NCBI RefSeq assembly: GCF_009914755.1
Contig: NC_060925.1
Direction: 5' to 3' (one strand)
Length of the DNA stretch: 64,000 bases
DNA from: the human T2T-CHM13v2.0 reference genome, Homo sapiens
How positions within the stretch are numbered: position 1 is the stretch's first letter; each line of letters begins with the position of its first letter. A model generated the notes under the pieces. The model was not told where the DNA came from. It ran no database searches and worked only from the letters and a program-made list of their open reading frames with translations. This document shows positions 25,934 through 39,602 of this stretch, in pieces. A program made the position numbers and the translations under genes.

Positions 25934-26188
25934 ATATGTGAATATAATATATCGCGTATTATATGTGAATATAATATATCGCGTATTATATGTGAATATA
26001 ATATATCGCGTATTATATGTGAATATAATATATCGCGTATTATATGTGAATATAATATATCGCGTATTATATGTGAATATAATATATCGCGTATTATATG
26101 TGAATATAATATATCGCGTATTATATGTGAATATAATATATCGCGTATTATATGTGAATATAATATATTGCGTATTATATGTAAATAT
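25934..26188. repeat. Minisatellite, 27-nt unit atatgtgaatataatatatcgcgtatt, 8 perfect copies plus a variant
   Basis: tcgcgtatt recurs every 27 nt from 25952 to 26141; the ninth copy reads ttgcgt; degenerate copies lie upstream from about 25840. Confidence 0.95.
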
Positions 26189-26926
26189 AGGTAGATATCA
26201 TTATTAAATATACATATATGTATTTTGGGGGGTGTTAGGACCTAGCAGATATATATATTAAATATACTTTTTAAATTTTATTTAATTGGTTTAGAATGCC
26301 ACCCAGGTATCTGTACTTTGTATAAGTTTCTCAAGGGAGTCTATGCATCCTCTGCTTTGGAAAACATTTATTTAAATTGTTGTAAGAAAACCATTTAAAG
26401 TGAAATATCTATAAAATGGTGTATTTTCCAGAAATGCAAAAGAATATAATTTTTTCTTGTGAGAATAGTATATACTCTTCAAACATTATGGATAATACTG
26501 AAAAAATATATAATATGGCATAAATTCATCACTTACAAATTAAAATATAATAGAAAACACATTTTATTTAACTTCTTCCCAAAATATTTAAACATGCTTA
26601 GTGACTGCTTTATGCTTTGGGAGAAATGAAAGGAAATAAGAAAGGAAAACTCTAAATGTAATTTTTTCTCTGAATGAGAAGTTAAATTTCGAGGCAGAAG
26701 TTAACTTTCATGTATGGTTTGCATCCCCAAAGTGTGCAAATAAGTTGGCACTTCTTTCCCTTCGTGGACTCTAATTATATACACTGCATGTACATCTTCA
26801 CTTCAGATAAAAAAATTTTTTAAATTATTAAATCCTATAGAGTTTTTTTCATTTCCGTATTTGTTATTAAGTAAATCTAGAAATTAGAATTCACCTATTG
26901 CAGTATGAGCTTTGTGTAAAGTATTA

Positions 26927-27075
<149 letters not shown>

Positions 27076-28863
27076 TAAAGTGTAGGCAAGATACTGAATT
27101 CTAGAATTAAGTCAGCTTTCTACTGGCCACTGACCTCAGGTGCTTAATATCCCAGAACTTCAGTTTCCTCATCTACAAATAAGGGTAATAATGATATCTA
27201 CCTATTTTATAGGTTGCTATAAGAAGCTAATAATAGCCTAATATATTCCAAAGTACTTTGTGAAATGTCAACAGTCCTAGACTTGCTGTTTTATTTTAAC
27301 ATGTTCTCTGAGGAATCCCTTTTGCTGTTGTTTAGCTGTGTTTTTGTTGTTGTTTTTCAACAATGCAAGGAATTGGGTGGAGAAGCACAACTAGCATTTT
27401 GTGGAAATGGCCCTTAAATCGCAGCATGTTTAGTTTCTGGCCCGATAGCATCCCCCCAGAAATTGGGACGATCAAAAACACATTTTCATATATCCACAAA
27501 GCACCTCCCCAGGTAGAGGAACTATAATCAGGTTGAGAACTACTGCTGAGGACAGAGTCCAGAAAAAGGGGTGGGGGAGGGGGATTCTGCTCTGCTTTTG
27601 ATCTGCTTTAGTTAATAGATTTCTTAATAAATGTTTGCCTGCAGAAAGCATTATGCTGCCAATAATATTTAAAGTTTAAAAACTATAATGATTAACTAGC
27701 TTAAATTGTCATCAAAAGCCATATCTGTCATTTTATAAAAGAATCCATTTGGGGGCTTGTTTCTGCCATAACCACTCCTGCCTTGAGAGTTCAGTCTACC
27801 TTCAGGACCCTTCTCCATGGTGATCATATGTGCAGGCATTTCCTAGACAGTTGTTTATATCCTTCAAAATCAGCAAAGCTCATCACAGTCCATGAATAAA
27901 AATCCAAGGGCATAGACACCACTCATCTGATCCCTGCAATGTACATGTACTCGTGAGAAGTGACTTTCTTAGACACCTATTCACCACCATAACGAACAAT
28001 CGAGAAATTCCAACACTGTGAATTTTTCACTGTGGACCCAGAATTCACATCAATATTATTGTCTTTAGATAAATGTTTGTTGATTCTTCAAACCTGGCTT
28101 TTTCTTGGTCAAGCTCACAGCTGATTCTAATTAGTATCGACAGTAGATTCTAGCACTGTAGCACTTCCAGCTAAAGGAATCCCAAAGGAAGTAAAAACTA
28201 GAAGTAACTTCCTGTTACTCCCTTTGGGATTTGCCAAAGCAAGGCCTTGAAACCAGGTGTGAAATCCCAAAGGAGTAATACTAACCTACCCTAGTCTAAC
28301 TCACTGGTTTGTTGTTGAAGAGCAAATATGGTAAGAATATTAATAGGTGACATTTATCAAAATGTATTCCTAGTGTGTGCTAGGCATCCTGCTGAGTGTT
28401 TCACAAAAAAACACCTCCTTCAATCTTCCTGACAACCCTATGGGTAAATATTATTGTTGTAATTCCCATTTAGCGGATGAGGGAAGTACAGAAGCTCAGA
28501 GAGGTTCTGAGCTAGGGACTTGTCCAAGATCACTCAGCTTGTAAGTAGAGTTGCAGAATCAGAACTCACACCTGGGACTGTCTAGCTTCCTGGCCTCAGC
28601 TCCTGGCCAGCATGCTATTCCACCTCCTTAACTGACACGAAGTGTACTGAAAACTCCAAAGTGCCACCGAGACTCTAATAGCTGCTTTCGTGTTTTTAGT
28701 CTGTAACAGTTTACTTGAAGCACCCAGCTCTCTCACAGCACGCTTCACGGTGCCTCTCACTCACGGTTGCTTGTGAGCAGCATAAACAACATATGACATT
28801 TTGTTTGATGTCTAAGAACATCCCTGTCATATGTTGTTATTTTCTTTCCTGTCGTTCGGCAAG

Positions 28864-29066
28864 GTGTCTGCCCAGGGCATTCAGTCCACACCTCTGAACC
28901 TGGCAGTGAATTGGCGATGTGAGCCTTCAAGCACTGACCTGCGCATAGATTACAAATATAATACAGATGCAATGACGACTGCTGTGGCCCTCAACAATGT
29001 GCAGTTCCTGGTCCCCATCGACGGAGGAGTCACCAAGCTCCAGGCAGTGCTCCCACCAGCAGTCTG
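28864..29066 (+). CDS. SGIP1: SGIP1 coding exon [67 protein letters not shown](W)
   Basis: Acceptor ttcggcaag|GTG and donor TG|gtatga; 203 nt, phase 0 to 2; lies within ORF 28831..29178. Confidence 0.94.
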
Positions 29067-29171
29067 GTATGAAGCCTCCTATTCTCTCCACCAAAGGGCT
29101 CCTCTGGGTCAAGAGGTCACAGACTCCTTAGCACTTGCGTGTCCTGTAGGAGGAGATGACAGCAGGCCTGT

Positions 29172-29720
29172 GTATTAGGGTTCAGGGCAGGAAATAGAAA
29201 CCACTGGTAGCTATTTTAAGCAAAAACTAATTCAACAGGGACTTCAATGCTTACACAATGGTGGAAGTGCTAAAGGAACAGGCTGGATCTCCAAAAATGC
29301 CTCCCAGAGCTCTGCAGAACTGGCCTGCCACAATCCCGGGAAGGAGAGAAAGTAGAAGGCTACCGGTAGAACCATTGAATTCAGGAAGCCACAGCTGTAA
29401 TTCCGATCCTAGGACCAGCAAGCTCCTATTGGTACCTCCTTAAGTGCTTCTTGGCACCCACAAACTAGAGGCTAGAGTGGACTCCTGTTGTTAGAAGATC
29501 CCCACATCTGAGTTAGATTGCTGATCAGAGGAAAACAGTCAAGAAAGCTGCAGGAGAATGGCCTCTGCCTCCCTTCTGTCTTCTAAATCTCAAACCGTGC
29601 ATGCAATTGGTAAACCTAATTTGTACCTAGGACCCTAACTGCAAAGGCCTCTGAGAAATGTAGTGTTTCATTTTGTAGCCTCTGAACTATAAAAAGGCAC
29701 ACTAGAGAAGGTATGGGACT
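29172..29720. mobile_element. Probable old ERVL/MaLR-type LTR
   Basis: Starts tgtattagggttc...gaaatagaaaccact and contains ctaactgcaaagg...ctgagaaatgtagt; subfamily not resolved. Confidence 0.4.
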
Positions 29721-30186
29721 AGAAACTGAATAGATACATTGTGCCTATATCATCTATTATAAAGGACTTGTTCTAGAAAGAGCATTTCACTTTTTCCATA
29801 CGACTGTCAGAAGCAAAAAGTGGAATTTGTTTTAAAAATGAATGTCAGCCAGATCATGACCCCAATTTAAATTACCTTAATTAATTGATTAACACTCCTA
29901 TCTTCCCATGTATCTGTCTTAGCAGATTTATTTTAAAAAAAATTAATTCTACTTTGTCCTCTCAATGTTCATCTCATGGTGTTCTAGCTAGTTACAATAA
30001 GGACAGAGGAAAAAAGAGATTTATGTATGTCTGGGAGGGGAGAGAGAGAGACAGGGAATTTTTAAATTGTAGTGAAAGTTTTCAAGCTCTATTTTAAAAA
30101 ATTAATACTATCTGGAAAAAAAACATGGCATCCAGTAAACAAAAACTCTTGGATATGCAAAAACCTTTTACCTAATTTATTTTTAG

Positions 30187-30251
30187 GAATGCTGAACAAC
30201 AGAGAATATTGTGGAAGATTCCTGATATCTCTCAGAAGTCAGAAAATGGAG
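30187..30251 (+). CDS. SGIP1: SGIP1 coding exon (W)[21 protein letters not shown](G)
   Basis: Acceptor tttttag|G and donor G|gtaatg; 65 nt, phase 2 to 1. Confidence 0.96.
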
Positions 30252-30800
30252 GTAATGGAATCACAAGTTTATTTTATTTAACATGTAAAGCTAAAATGGC
30301 TTTAGGTATTTGCCAACTATTACCCAAAACATGTAGCAATAAAAACAAGCAGAATATTTCACTCCATTTTTGCGTTTACTTATTTCAATTAATAAAAGCA
30401 AATAATTCTTCAATGAATTCTCTTTTTCCCCTTTTCTACAGACTCCACATCAAACAAACTATCATTTAGGCCTCTTAAGGAGGCATGTTTCCATCCTGTG
30501 TCAGATTCCACGCTCCCTGATTAGATATTTTTCACTCTCCTCAGATATTAATCATAGGTTGGAAAATACAAGGGCTTCCAAGTAGCACGTCTTCAAATTT
30601 TGAGGTACCATCTCATGGAAGTACACTTTTACCAGTGTGCAAATAGAATTGCTCATAATATTCAATGATAAACTCATTTAATCACCATTTTGTCAAAGAA
30701 TCATGTCTGATTTTGTACGTTAACTTTTGAATGCAACCTCCAAAATTATATCCGAAATATTATGTTGACTGTTACCTTGTAATAATGTGTTTTTTTTTAG

Positions 30801-30965
30801 GGGTGGGTTCTTTGTTGGCAAGATTTCAGTTATCTGAAGGCCCAAGCAAACCTTCTCCATTGGTTGTGCAGTTCACAAGTGAAGGAAGCACCCTTTCTGG
30901 CTGTGACATTGAACTTGTTGGAGCAGGGTATCGATTTTCACTCATCAAGAAAAGGTTTGCTGCAG
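30801..30965 (+). CDS. SGIP1: SGIP1 coding exon (G)[54 protein letters not shown](G)
   Basis: Acceptor ttttttag|GG and donor CAG|gtaaat; 165 nt, phase 1 to 1; lies within ORF 30731..30973. Confidence 0.96.
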
Positions 30966-31173
30966 GTAAATGAGTATCTTGATTTTTTCATTTGCGAAAA
31001 TAATGTTGCCTTGGCTACTCTTAAGAGGAATAGGTTGTGATTTTCTCATCTTTTTCCTCCACCTCTTTCCCACTCCCAACCCCCATCCCAATTAGAAAAC
31101 CAACCAATTATTGAATGAAGTAGAAATAGGACAATGCACTAGAAATCAGAAGTCAGGAGGCTCTGACTTCTAA

Positions 31174-31595
<422 letters not shown>

Positions 31596-31855
31596 TTGCC
31601 TTTTAATTTATCTCCCACCAGAAAACTTTTTGTTCTCTGACAGGACTTCACAGAGTTTAGACTTGTCAGGTTTAGCTGAGATCTGGGAGAATCTATTTTT
31701 CACTTTAATAACAAACTCAAAGAATCTAGGCCACAGATCAAAACTGGTCACCCATAAGCTGAATGTGGCCATGAGACAGGTTTTATTTGGCACAAACAAT
31801 GGGGTTTTATTTTGTTTTTCAATTGGGGGAGAGGAACTCTCTAATACTAGAGTGA

Positions 31856-32295
<440 letters not shown>

Positions 32296-32599
32296 TATGA
32301 GCACCCTTTCTAACATAAGTTGGATTCTCACATCCAGAAATAAATCTCCCAATCTATTCTGGGCAAACCCCAAACCTCTGCAAATTGTTGATCTATGGAA
32401 ATGTGAAGAGGCAACTAGCTGATCTGAAAAACTGAAAATTGATTTGGAAACTTTATGTATCTTTTATTCGTATTGTACCTCTGAAGTATGCAGTATCTGG
32501 CTCCTAGGGGTAGGGAAGGAGGAATAGAAAAGTTACCCATATAATAATTACATTATTGAACTACCAGATAACCTGTTGACATGCTGTTTTGTTTTGCAG

Positions 32600-32622
32600 G
32601 AAAATACTTGGCAGATAACTAA
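32600..32622 (+). CDS. SGIP1: SGIP1 last coding segment (G)KYLADN-stop
   Basis: Acceptor gttttgcag|GA AAA TAC TTG GCA GAT AAC TAA, followed immediately by an in-frame TGA. Confidence 0.95.
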
Positions 32623-34591
32623 TGAAATCTTATGCAAGGATTTGGAGGATTCATATAATGGAGAACTGATGTATGAGAAACAGATTTTAATTTTGGTTTG
32701 ATGAAAACAAACCAATATCTGCACTTGGGATATATCAGGTGGAAAGTCAATGACTTTCATCTGTGATTTCCCTCACACACTACCATGATGACCAGTCCTA
32801 CAGTATTTACTTCTAGGTGTAATATTGTTAATGGTTTTAAAATGTAATTATTGTATTTGTAAATTGTACTCTCATTCCAGTAAGGCAGTTAGACACTTGA
32901 GTTTTAGCATTTTACCATTCCTGAAATGGATGTAATTTAAACTGTGGTATGTAAATTTAATAGTAGTATTGTTGAATGGCACAATGCTTACAGAGGTAGA
33001 TTGCATTTTGTCAATATATAAAATTTAAATATAATATTGATAGCTGTCATAAAGGGGGTGCCACATATTAAAGAAACTTAAGTGGAACCAGAAGAAAAAG
33101 AAACAAACTTACTTTTCTTCAATGCTTAGTATGTTTTACTCTAGTGCTAAATAAAAACTCTATCTTCAAATGTTTAGTGGGTTAAATTGAGAAACTATTT
33201 CAGAAAAAAATTCTAAGGTTACAGCATATTCAAAGAAAAGCATTAGTTACCACTTTTTAAAAAGCTTTTTTTTCAAACTGCAAATTTCATAAAAATGCAA
33301 ACTGTGTAAACAGGGCCTCTTATTTTTATAACTTGTGTAAAAAGGGAAAGCAATTCATATTTAAAGTTTAAGTATATTAAATTATAATCAAGAGTAAAGA
33401 AGATGTTGAAGTCTTAACTACTTGCCCCTCTCTACAGTTTCGCAAATGTGGGGATTGCTGAATAATCAGTCAGACTAAAACCAAAATTGTGATTTTAAGA
33501 TTTCAAGACTTTCCGTAGTTGAACTGGTTAAGAATTTTTGCTTAGTTACTCTGAATAGATGATCTTACTCATCCAGTATGGGGGAATGATACCTCACGTC
33601 TTCCTCTTTACCCACAGGAATCAAAACGCTGAGACTGAGAATTTTAGGGAAAAAAAAGTCCGCTGTTTAGATCCAGAAGGAGAGTTTTAATCATTGTTTA
33701 TATCATTTGAGAATGAAAAAATAAGCTTCATAAATGAAATTCTATTCACATTACTGTGTAATAAATTTCCTTTTGGATGATTAGGATTCATTGTATAAAA
33801 CTGTAAATCTTTGCCATTCTTGGAGAAGCAAAAGGAGAGTTATCAAAAATGTATGTCGTTTCATCGTTGCAAGGTATAATAAAAACTGTAATTATTCAAT
33901 CTGGCCCTGCCATATGAACATTTAGAAAGACAAACTTCTTCGGGAGTCTCAGTTGTAAAACCTTCCCTCATTAATATCTGAAAATGTTAGTCTTCCTTTA
34001 AGTCATAGAACTTATTTAAACATAAACCAATTTCTATTACAGGTTATGCTATTAAATAGCTGTAATTATTAAGTTATTATTTTTATAATTAGTTGTTAAA
34101 TTTCATTTTACACCCACTCAAATTTAACAAAGAATCTTTAGCCCCTTTAAATTTTAGAATTAAATTAAATTTTTAAAGTTTTACTTCTAAAATGAGATTG
34201 TGACTGGCAATTGTTTATAGTGAAACTTTTTAAATTAATCTTTGTACTCCTCTATCAGTGCTTGCTACCAAGAGAATGTCCAAAATGATTTGTTTTACCA
34301 TGGGAAAATTCTTACTATTCAACAAACTCTCAGTTGGCCCCCTACAGCAGTCTGGTGTTGAAGTTTCTTTGAACGAACTAAATATACTCATTTTATGTAA
34401 AGGTATCCAATTTGATTTTGAAACCAAAATAGAAAATGCAAAATTCTAAATTCCATGAAACATGGAATTTATGACACCAAAATCAATGGAGAGTAAGCAG
34501 CAGCAAACTGAGAATTATCCAGCATATGAATATAACAATGTGTTTTTAAGTAATCAATTCATTTAAAAAATTGAATATTAATACAAAGCAT

Positions 34592-34660
34592 ATTAAAAAC
34601 ATGTAAATATTACTGGTTCTCATGTCTTTGTATTTATATTTTATTTTGTTTTATTTTGTA
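34592..34660 (+). terminator. SGIP1: Proximal poly(A) signal ATTAAA with downstream U/GU-rich element
   Basis: ATTAAA at 34592-34597 followed about 20 nt later by ggttctcatgtctttgtatttatattttattttgttttattttgt. Confidence 0.7.
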
Positions 34661-37600
34661 TAGATCTAGAATGAATTAGTAATTAAACACAAGGGTTTTT
34701 TTCCCAAAAAATAATTTTACTGATTTTTAAAAATTTAATTAAAAACATAGATTACAGTAATCTCTAACATTATTCAAATCTTTCTAGGGATTAAATTAGA
34801 AACTATGAAGAAATCCTATAATCTCTTAACTGGTCTTTATGGAACAGAATGGGAGTCAACAATTTCAAAATGATTGAACTATGAGTAACCAGAACCTCAA
34901 TAGAAAATGTATCCCTTCACCTTTCAGAAAAGAGATCAAATAATAACACAATAAGCTGGTATCAGGGATTTGCATTTTGACATTTTGTTGTTTCTTTTTA
35001 ATTTTGTAGATTATAATCTCCTGTTACATCTATATCCACAGTACTGTAGAATAAGAATTCATGTCCTGAAAATGGTCCCAGGCAATGAAAGAGTCTCAGT
35101 TATCAAAGACATTAAGTCAGATTCATTTATTCATTTTATTCCCAAGTCAGAACAAAATGAACTAGTAGGTAATAAAACTATTTTCAGTACTAGGGGTTAA
35201 AACAAAAAGAAATTGTTCTAGTTAACCAGAACACCATTTCCTGAACGTTATGATCTTTAAAAGGTTCTGCTTTAGCAAGATAAAAAGTATAAATGATGCT
35301 ACTTTATTTTGGCAACATGGAAATTTTGTTTTTCTTTTCCAATAAAATCCATATTTTCGTGAAATTTTTAAAAATAAATTTGTATCAAGGATTAGTCTGA
35401 ATTTTATCATAATAGAAATTTATAATTACTAAGAATTAAATTTTTAATCATTTTTAAAGCTGTGTTCTTCTCTACACCCACAGCCAAAATGGAAATTCAC
35501 TGTATGGTATTTGGGAATATATTTCACCTGTAAAAGAAAGAATGTCCACAATTCAAACGGTTTTGAGTTAATAGATAGGAATCCCTCAGTCAAACTACAG
35601 AATTTTTTTTGTTTTATATATTCTTAGTCAGCAGAGTGTTTGAGCTATAATTACAAGTATTTCCACTTCTAAATCTTCTTTTAGAAAAGCAGATAACTAT
35701 AATACCTTGGCTCTGCCACTGACTCCTGCCGTATGATATTGGACAAATCACTGCCCTTTTCAGTTTCTCATCTTTAGAATGGGGAGTTGGGATTGCCAGT
35801 GGTTTTCAAGCTTTTCTTAACAGCAGGGCTTTTTTTCTAATAAAATTGCACATGGAATCCTGGTAGGCAAAACAGCTCAAAGCAATGCAGGAGTTTCTCC
35901 AACAGTTTAAATCGGGGCTCCCCAGAGCATGGTTTAAATACCATAACAGTACACAATGATCTATCATGTGTCTTCCAACTCTGAAGTTCCACAGTTGTAA
36001 TTTACTCAGATAAACCACCTTTTGAGGCTTTATAAGCAAACTTGTAAAAACACAGTAATTGAATGATATACAATAAAAACTGACAGAGTGTTTACCATGT
36101 ACCAGTCACTAGAGATATTAGCTCATTTAATTCTCTTATCAATCAAAAAATTGTAAGTACTCTTTTTAATTCCTGTTTTACAAGTGATGACACTGAGGCT
36201 TAAATAGAATAATCTCCCCAAAATGACACGGCAGCTGAAAGTAACCCAGCTATTCTGACTGCAAAGGAAATGCCTTAATTGCTTTGTCCACCCTGAACAA
36301 AACAATCTGTTTTATGTCACTATACGTACTCCATTTGAATGCCAAGGTAGAAGGCACCATGAAAAACCATTACCAAAATAAGGATAATTCCAATAACAAA
36401 ACTGTCAAAAAAGAATCACTGCTTCTCAAAATATGATTGGTATCATCACTTATTAATGTTTTGTATCATCACTTATTAATGATTTTGGCTTGGTCACCAC
36501 TATGCCTGGAAGATAGTAGGCACTGATAAACATTGTTAAACACCGTAACAACACAAAATGATCTACCACATATCAATGTCTTCCATCTCTGAAATTCCAT
36601 GATTCTACTTTACTCAGATATACCACCTTTTGTGGCATTATAAGGAAACATGTATAATCAAGTTCATACAAGCTATACACAGTAGGCATCGATAAATTTG
36701 TATTGACAGCATAAACTTCTAGGGATGAGATTTGGGAATATACATTTTGATAAGTGCTCCAAATTTGAGAATCATTGCTCTAGTAGATCTCTAAGGTCCT
36801 TCTTAGTTCTGACATTATATCAGATTTTAAGCATTAAATTCTAAGATGAAAACCATTTTTCTAGTCAGTTTATTTTTCATTCAGTCCACTTAATTTCCTC
36901 CAATCTTAAAAAATTTTTTTCCCTAGGAAAATCCCTATCTTTTTCTTAAAGTTACTCTGTTATACTATCTCAGTCTCAAAGTAGCCTGAAATGCATTTTC
37001 TCATTTTCATATTTCTGTCCTTTTCTTCAATGTCTTAAAAGACTTGAAGTAGAAGGGAAGTTGCAAGCTGTTATTTATTCAAATACAAAATCCTAATCAA
37101 TGTTTCCTTCTTTGCAAGGGACATTCAGATCTCTAACTTGTGAGTTGAACCTATTTATTTTGTAAGCTTTTGACTTTACAAACATGTGGTAGCCTCATTC
37201 TAAAAGAGTTGCACGAATATTTTTTCTCAAAATAACCACAGGCTGTAAATTAAATTGAACAATACAGTAAAATATGCAGATACATACTAAACAGATGAGT
37301 GTGTGTGTATGTGTCTGTGTTTAAGCTTTTCCTTTTCCAAAAGATTATACATTTGAGCAAAATCCCATTCAGTCTAAATGTACTCATTTTGCCACATGGT
37401 TTTCTGATCAGCAATTTTTTTAAAAAATGGAAGTGTTACATTATATTTAATAATATCAAAACAAGAGTGATCTCTAAATATAGCTTTGAAAGTTAATATA
37501 ATATGATGTGTCCATGCAATGAGTCAAATTAGATTGTTGATATAAATGAACAAATCAATCCAAGTTACATTGATTAAAGGGACTATTTGGATGACCAGCC

Positions 37601-39527
37601 TCACCATCTTTTACTGTGTGCACTTTCCTCTTAAGGTTTTATTGTATTTTCCCTGCTCCTTTAGGCTTTTTTTTCATGTGGAAAACAGTATCTAAATGCC
37701 ATTCTCTCACTTATGAATTAAATATGGCTACCATTAATGTTCCTTTTTGTCAGTGGAGTGTATGGAAGGAAAATGAGATAGGAGTACATTGCTTAAGTCT
37801 CTAAATATTAAAAACAACAACAAAACACTTGCCTTTCTCTTGTGTCATTGCTTCAATGTTCTGTCATCTTCTGCAAGCTAGAGTTGCACTGCTGACATCT
37901 AATTAAGATCTAAATATATTTCATGAAGGAATGTCAAATGTAAAGTCTGTTGAGTTGACCATGGTGAACCTCTTGATTGGCCCTCACATTTAATATCTGA
38001 TTTCTCTCCTAAATGGGTATGTCTATGAGGAAAAGACACCTATTTGTTGGCATTGACCATGGGTATAATAATTTATTCTCTAGGTTTAACTTCTAAAATT
38101 ATTTTTCCTTTGATTTCTAACTGCCTCCTTCTATCCCTAGAGTAATACCTTGCCTACCTTAAATACATCTTTATCCTTGTAAAAAATGTTTTGGCAAAAA
38201 ACAAATATATTTTTAAATGTCCCGTAATGTTTTAAAGAAAAGAAGTAAAGTGTATTTGGGCTATGCTCACCAATATTCCAGTATTTTACAAATTGTGTTC
38301 TGGAAGATGTTCATTGTGGTCTGAGAACAAATGGTCCTATACTATAATTCTCTCTCCTTGGACATTGACAATAAATGTTAGTGTTTTAATGAAGCTTAAG
38401 AAAGTTATTGAATCAGGTAAAAAAAATTTTTTCTAAGCACACCTTGAGAAACCTTTGGAAAAGTTTTCTTTTAACACTAGTTTATATATCCTTCAATAAT
38501 TGTAAATAAAATAACCAGGAATGCTTTGAAAAAAATGCTTCTGGAATTTTGTTTTAATTTTAAGAGAATTCCTGTCATTTCAAATGAATTGTTATCTATT
38601 TTAAATTTCATTAGTATCTCTTAGTGAATTTAACTTTATCATCTAAAATATTCAAAACAAAACAATAAAATTATTTTAATTGTTTTTGTATTATTTTTAA
38701 GGCTTGCACCTATGACCAGCATATCAGACCCCTATCTGTTGAAGATGTTTCCAATTCTTTGCCGTGTGGAATTAATGCCAGTGAATAATCTCCAGTAACG
38801 TTTTACTAAACAGCTTTAGGAAACTGAATCATGATAGATCAATGTTGACAGTATTTTTACATCAGCTTGTCAGAAATTATATTAAAAACACTTTGGGGAA
38901 AGCTAAGAGCAGTGCACTGTTTAGCACAGATTTTGTGAGATTCTATACTCTTTTAATGAGCATTTCATAGGGTTTTTTTTTTTTGCTGTTTTTTTTTCTT
39001 TTTTTGCTTTGCTTTACTTTGCCAATCAGTTACTTTTATACCAAATTAACGAAGTTTCTTTAAAAACTTCCTGGTTAAATTGTCTGTTATCATATAGAAA
39101 AGAATCAAACTGAATCACTTTACATTTCTCTAAAGATAGTTCAGTTTTTAATCCATCCAGAGTTTGTGAATCAGCCTGATAGATCATAAGCCATTTATAA
39201 TTTTTAAACGTTCCATTGAATGAGTATATCATACAAATGTTAATTCCATCTCGCTCATTCAGTTTTACATTACTTTTATGACTTTTCTTTCTCGCAAAGT
39301 AAATGCTTGATGTTATTCATTCACCATCACTCTAAGGTATTTTAAATCATACAACAAGTAACTATCACAAGAACCACTGTCCCAAGATCCAAAGTCAGAT
39401 TTTTTTCCCTTTTCAAGTTGCTAGAATGATAATTCATATAGCTGTGTTGATTTTTCAGGTCAGAATTTAGTTCTTGCTTTGTTAAATGGACATACATGAA
39501 AGAGATTGGCTCCTATCTAATTCATAT

Positions 39528-39602
39528 TCTCTCTCTCTCTTTATCTCTCTCTCTCTTTCTCTGTGTGTGTGTGGGTGTGTGTGTGTGTGTGTGTGTGTGT
39601 GT
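39528..39602. repeat. Compound (TC)n-(TG)n microsatellite
   Basis: Interrupted TC run 39528-39561 then about 20 TG units to 39602. Confidence 0.95.

Noticed and set aside
25934-26188. Regular repeat array superficially like CRISPR
   Set aside because: Head-to-tail identical units with no unique spacers, in a mammalian intron.
25842-26207. 121-aa ORF with repeated YVNIIYRVL
   Set aside because: It is just the translation of the 27-nt minisatellite; there is no promoter, splice or compositional support for coding.
27568-27583. G-rich tract ggggtgggggaggggg as a G-quadruplex
   Set aside because: Only three G-runs, so not a canonical four-run motif.
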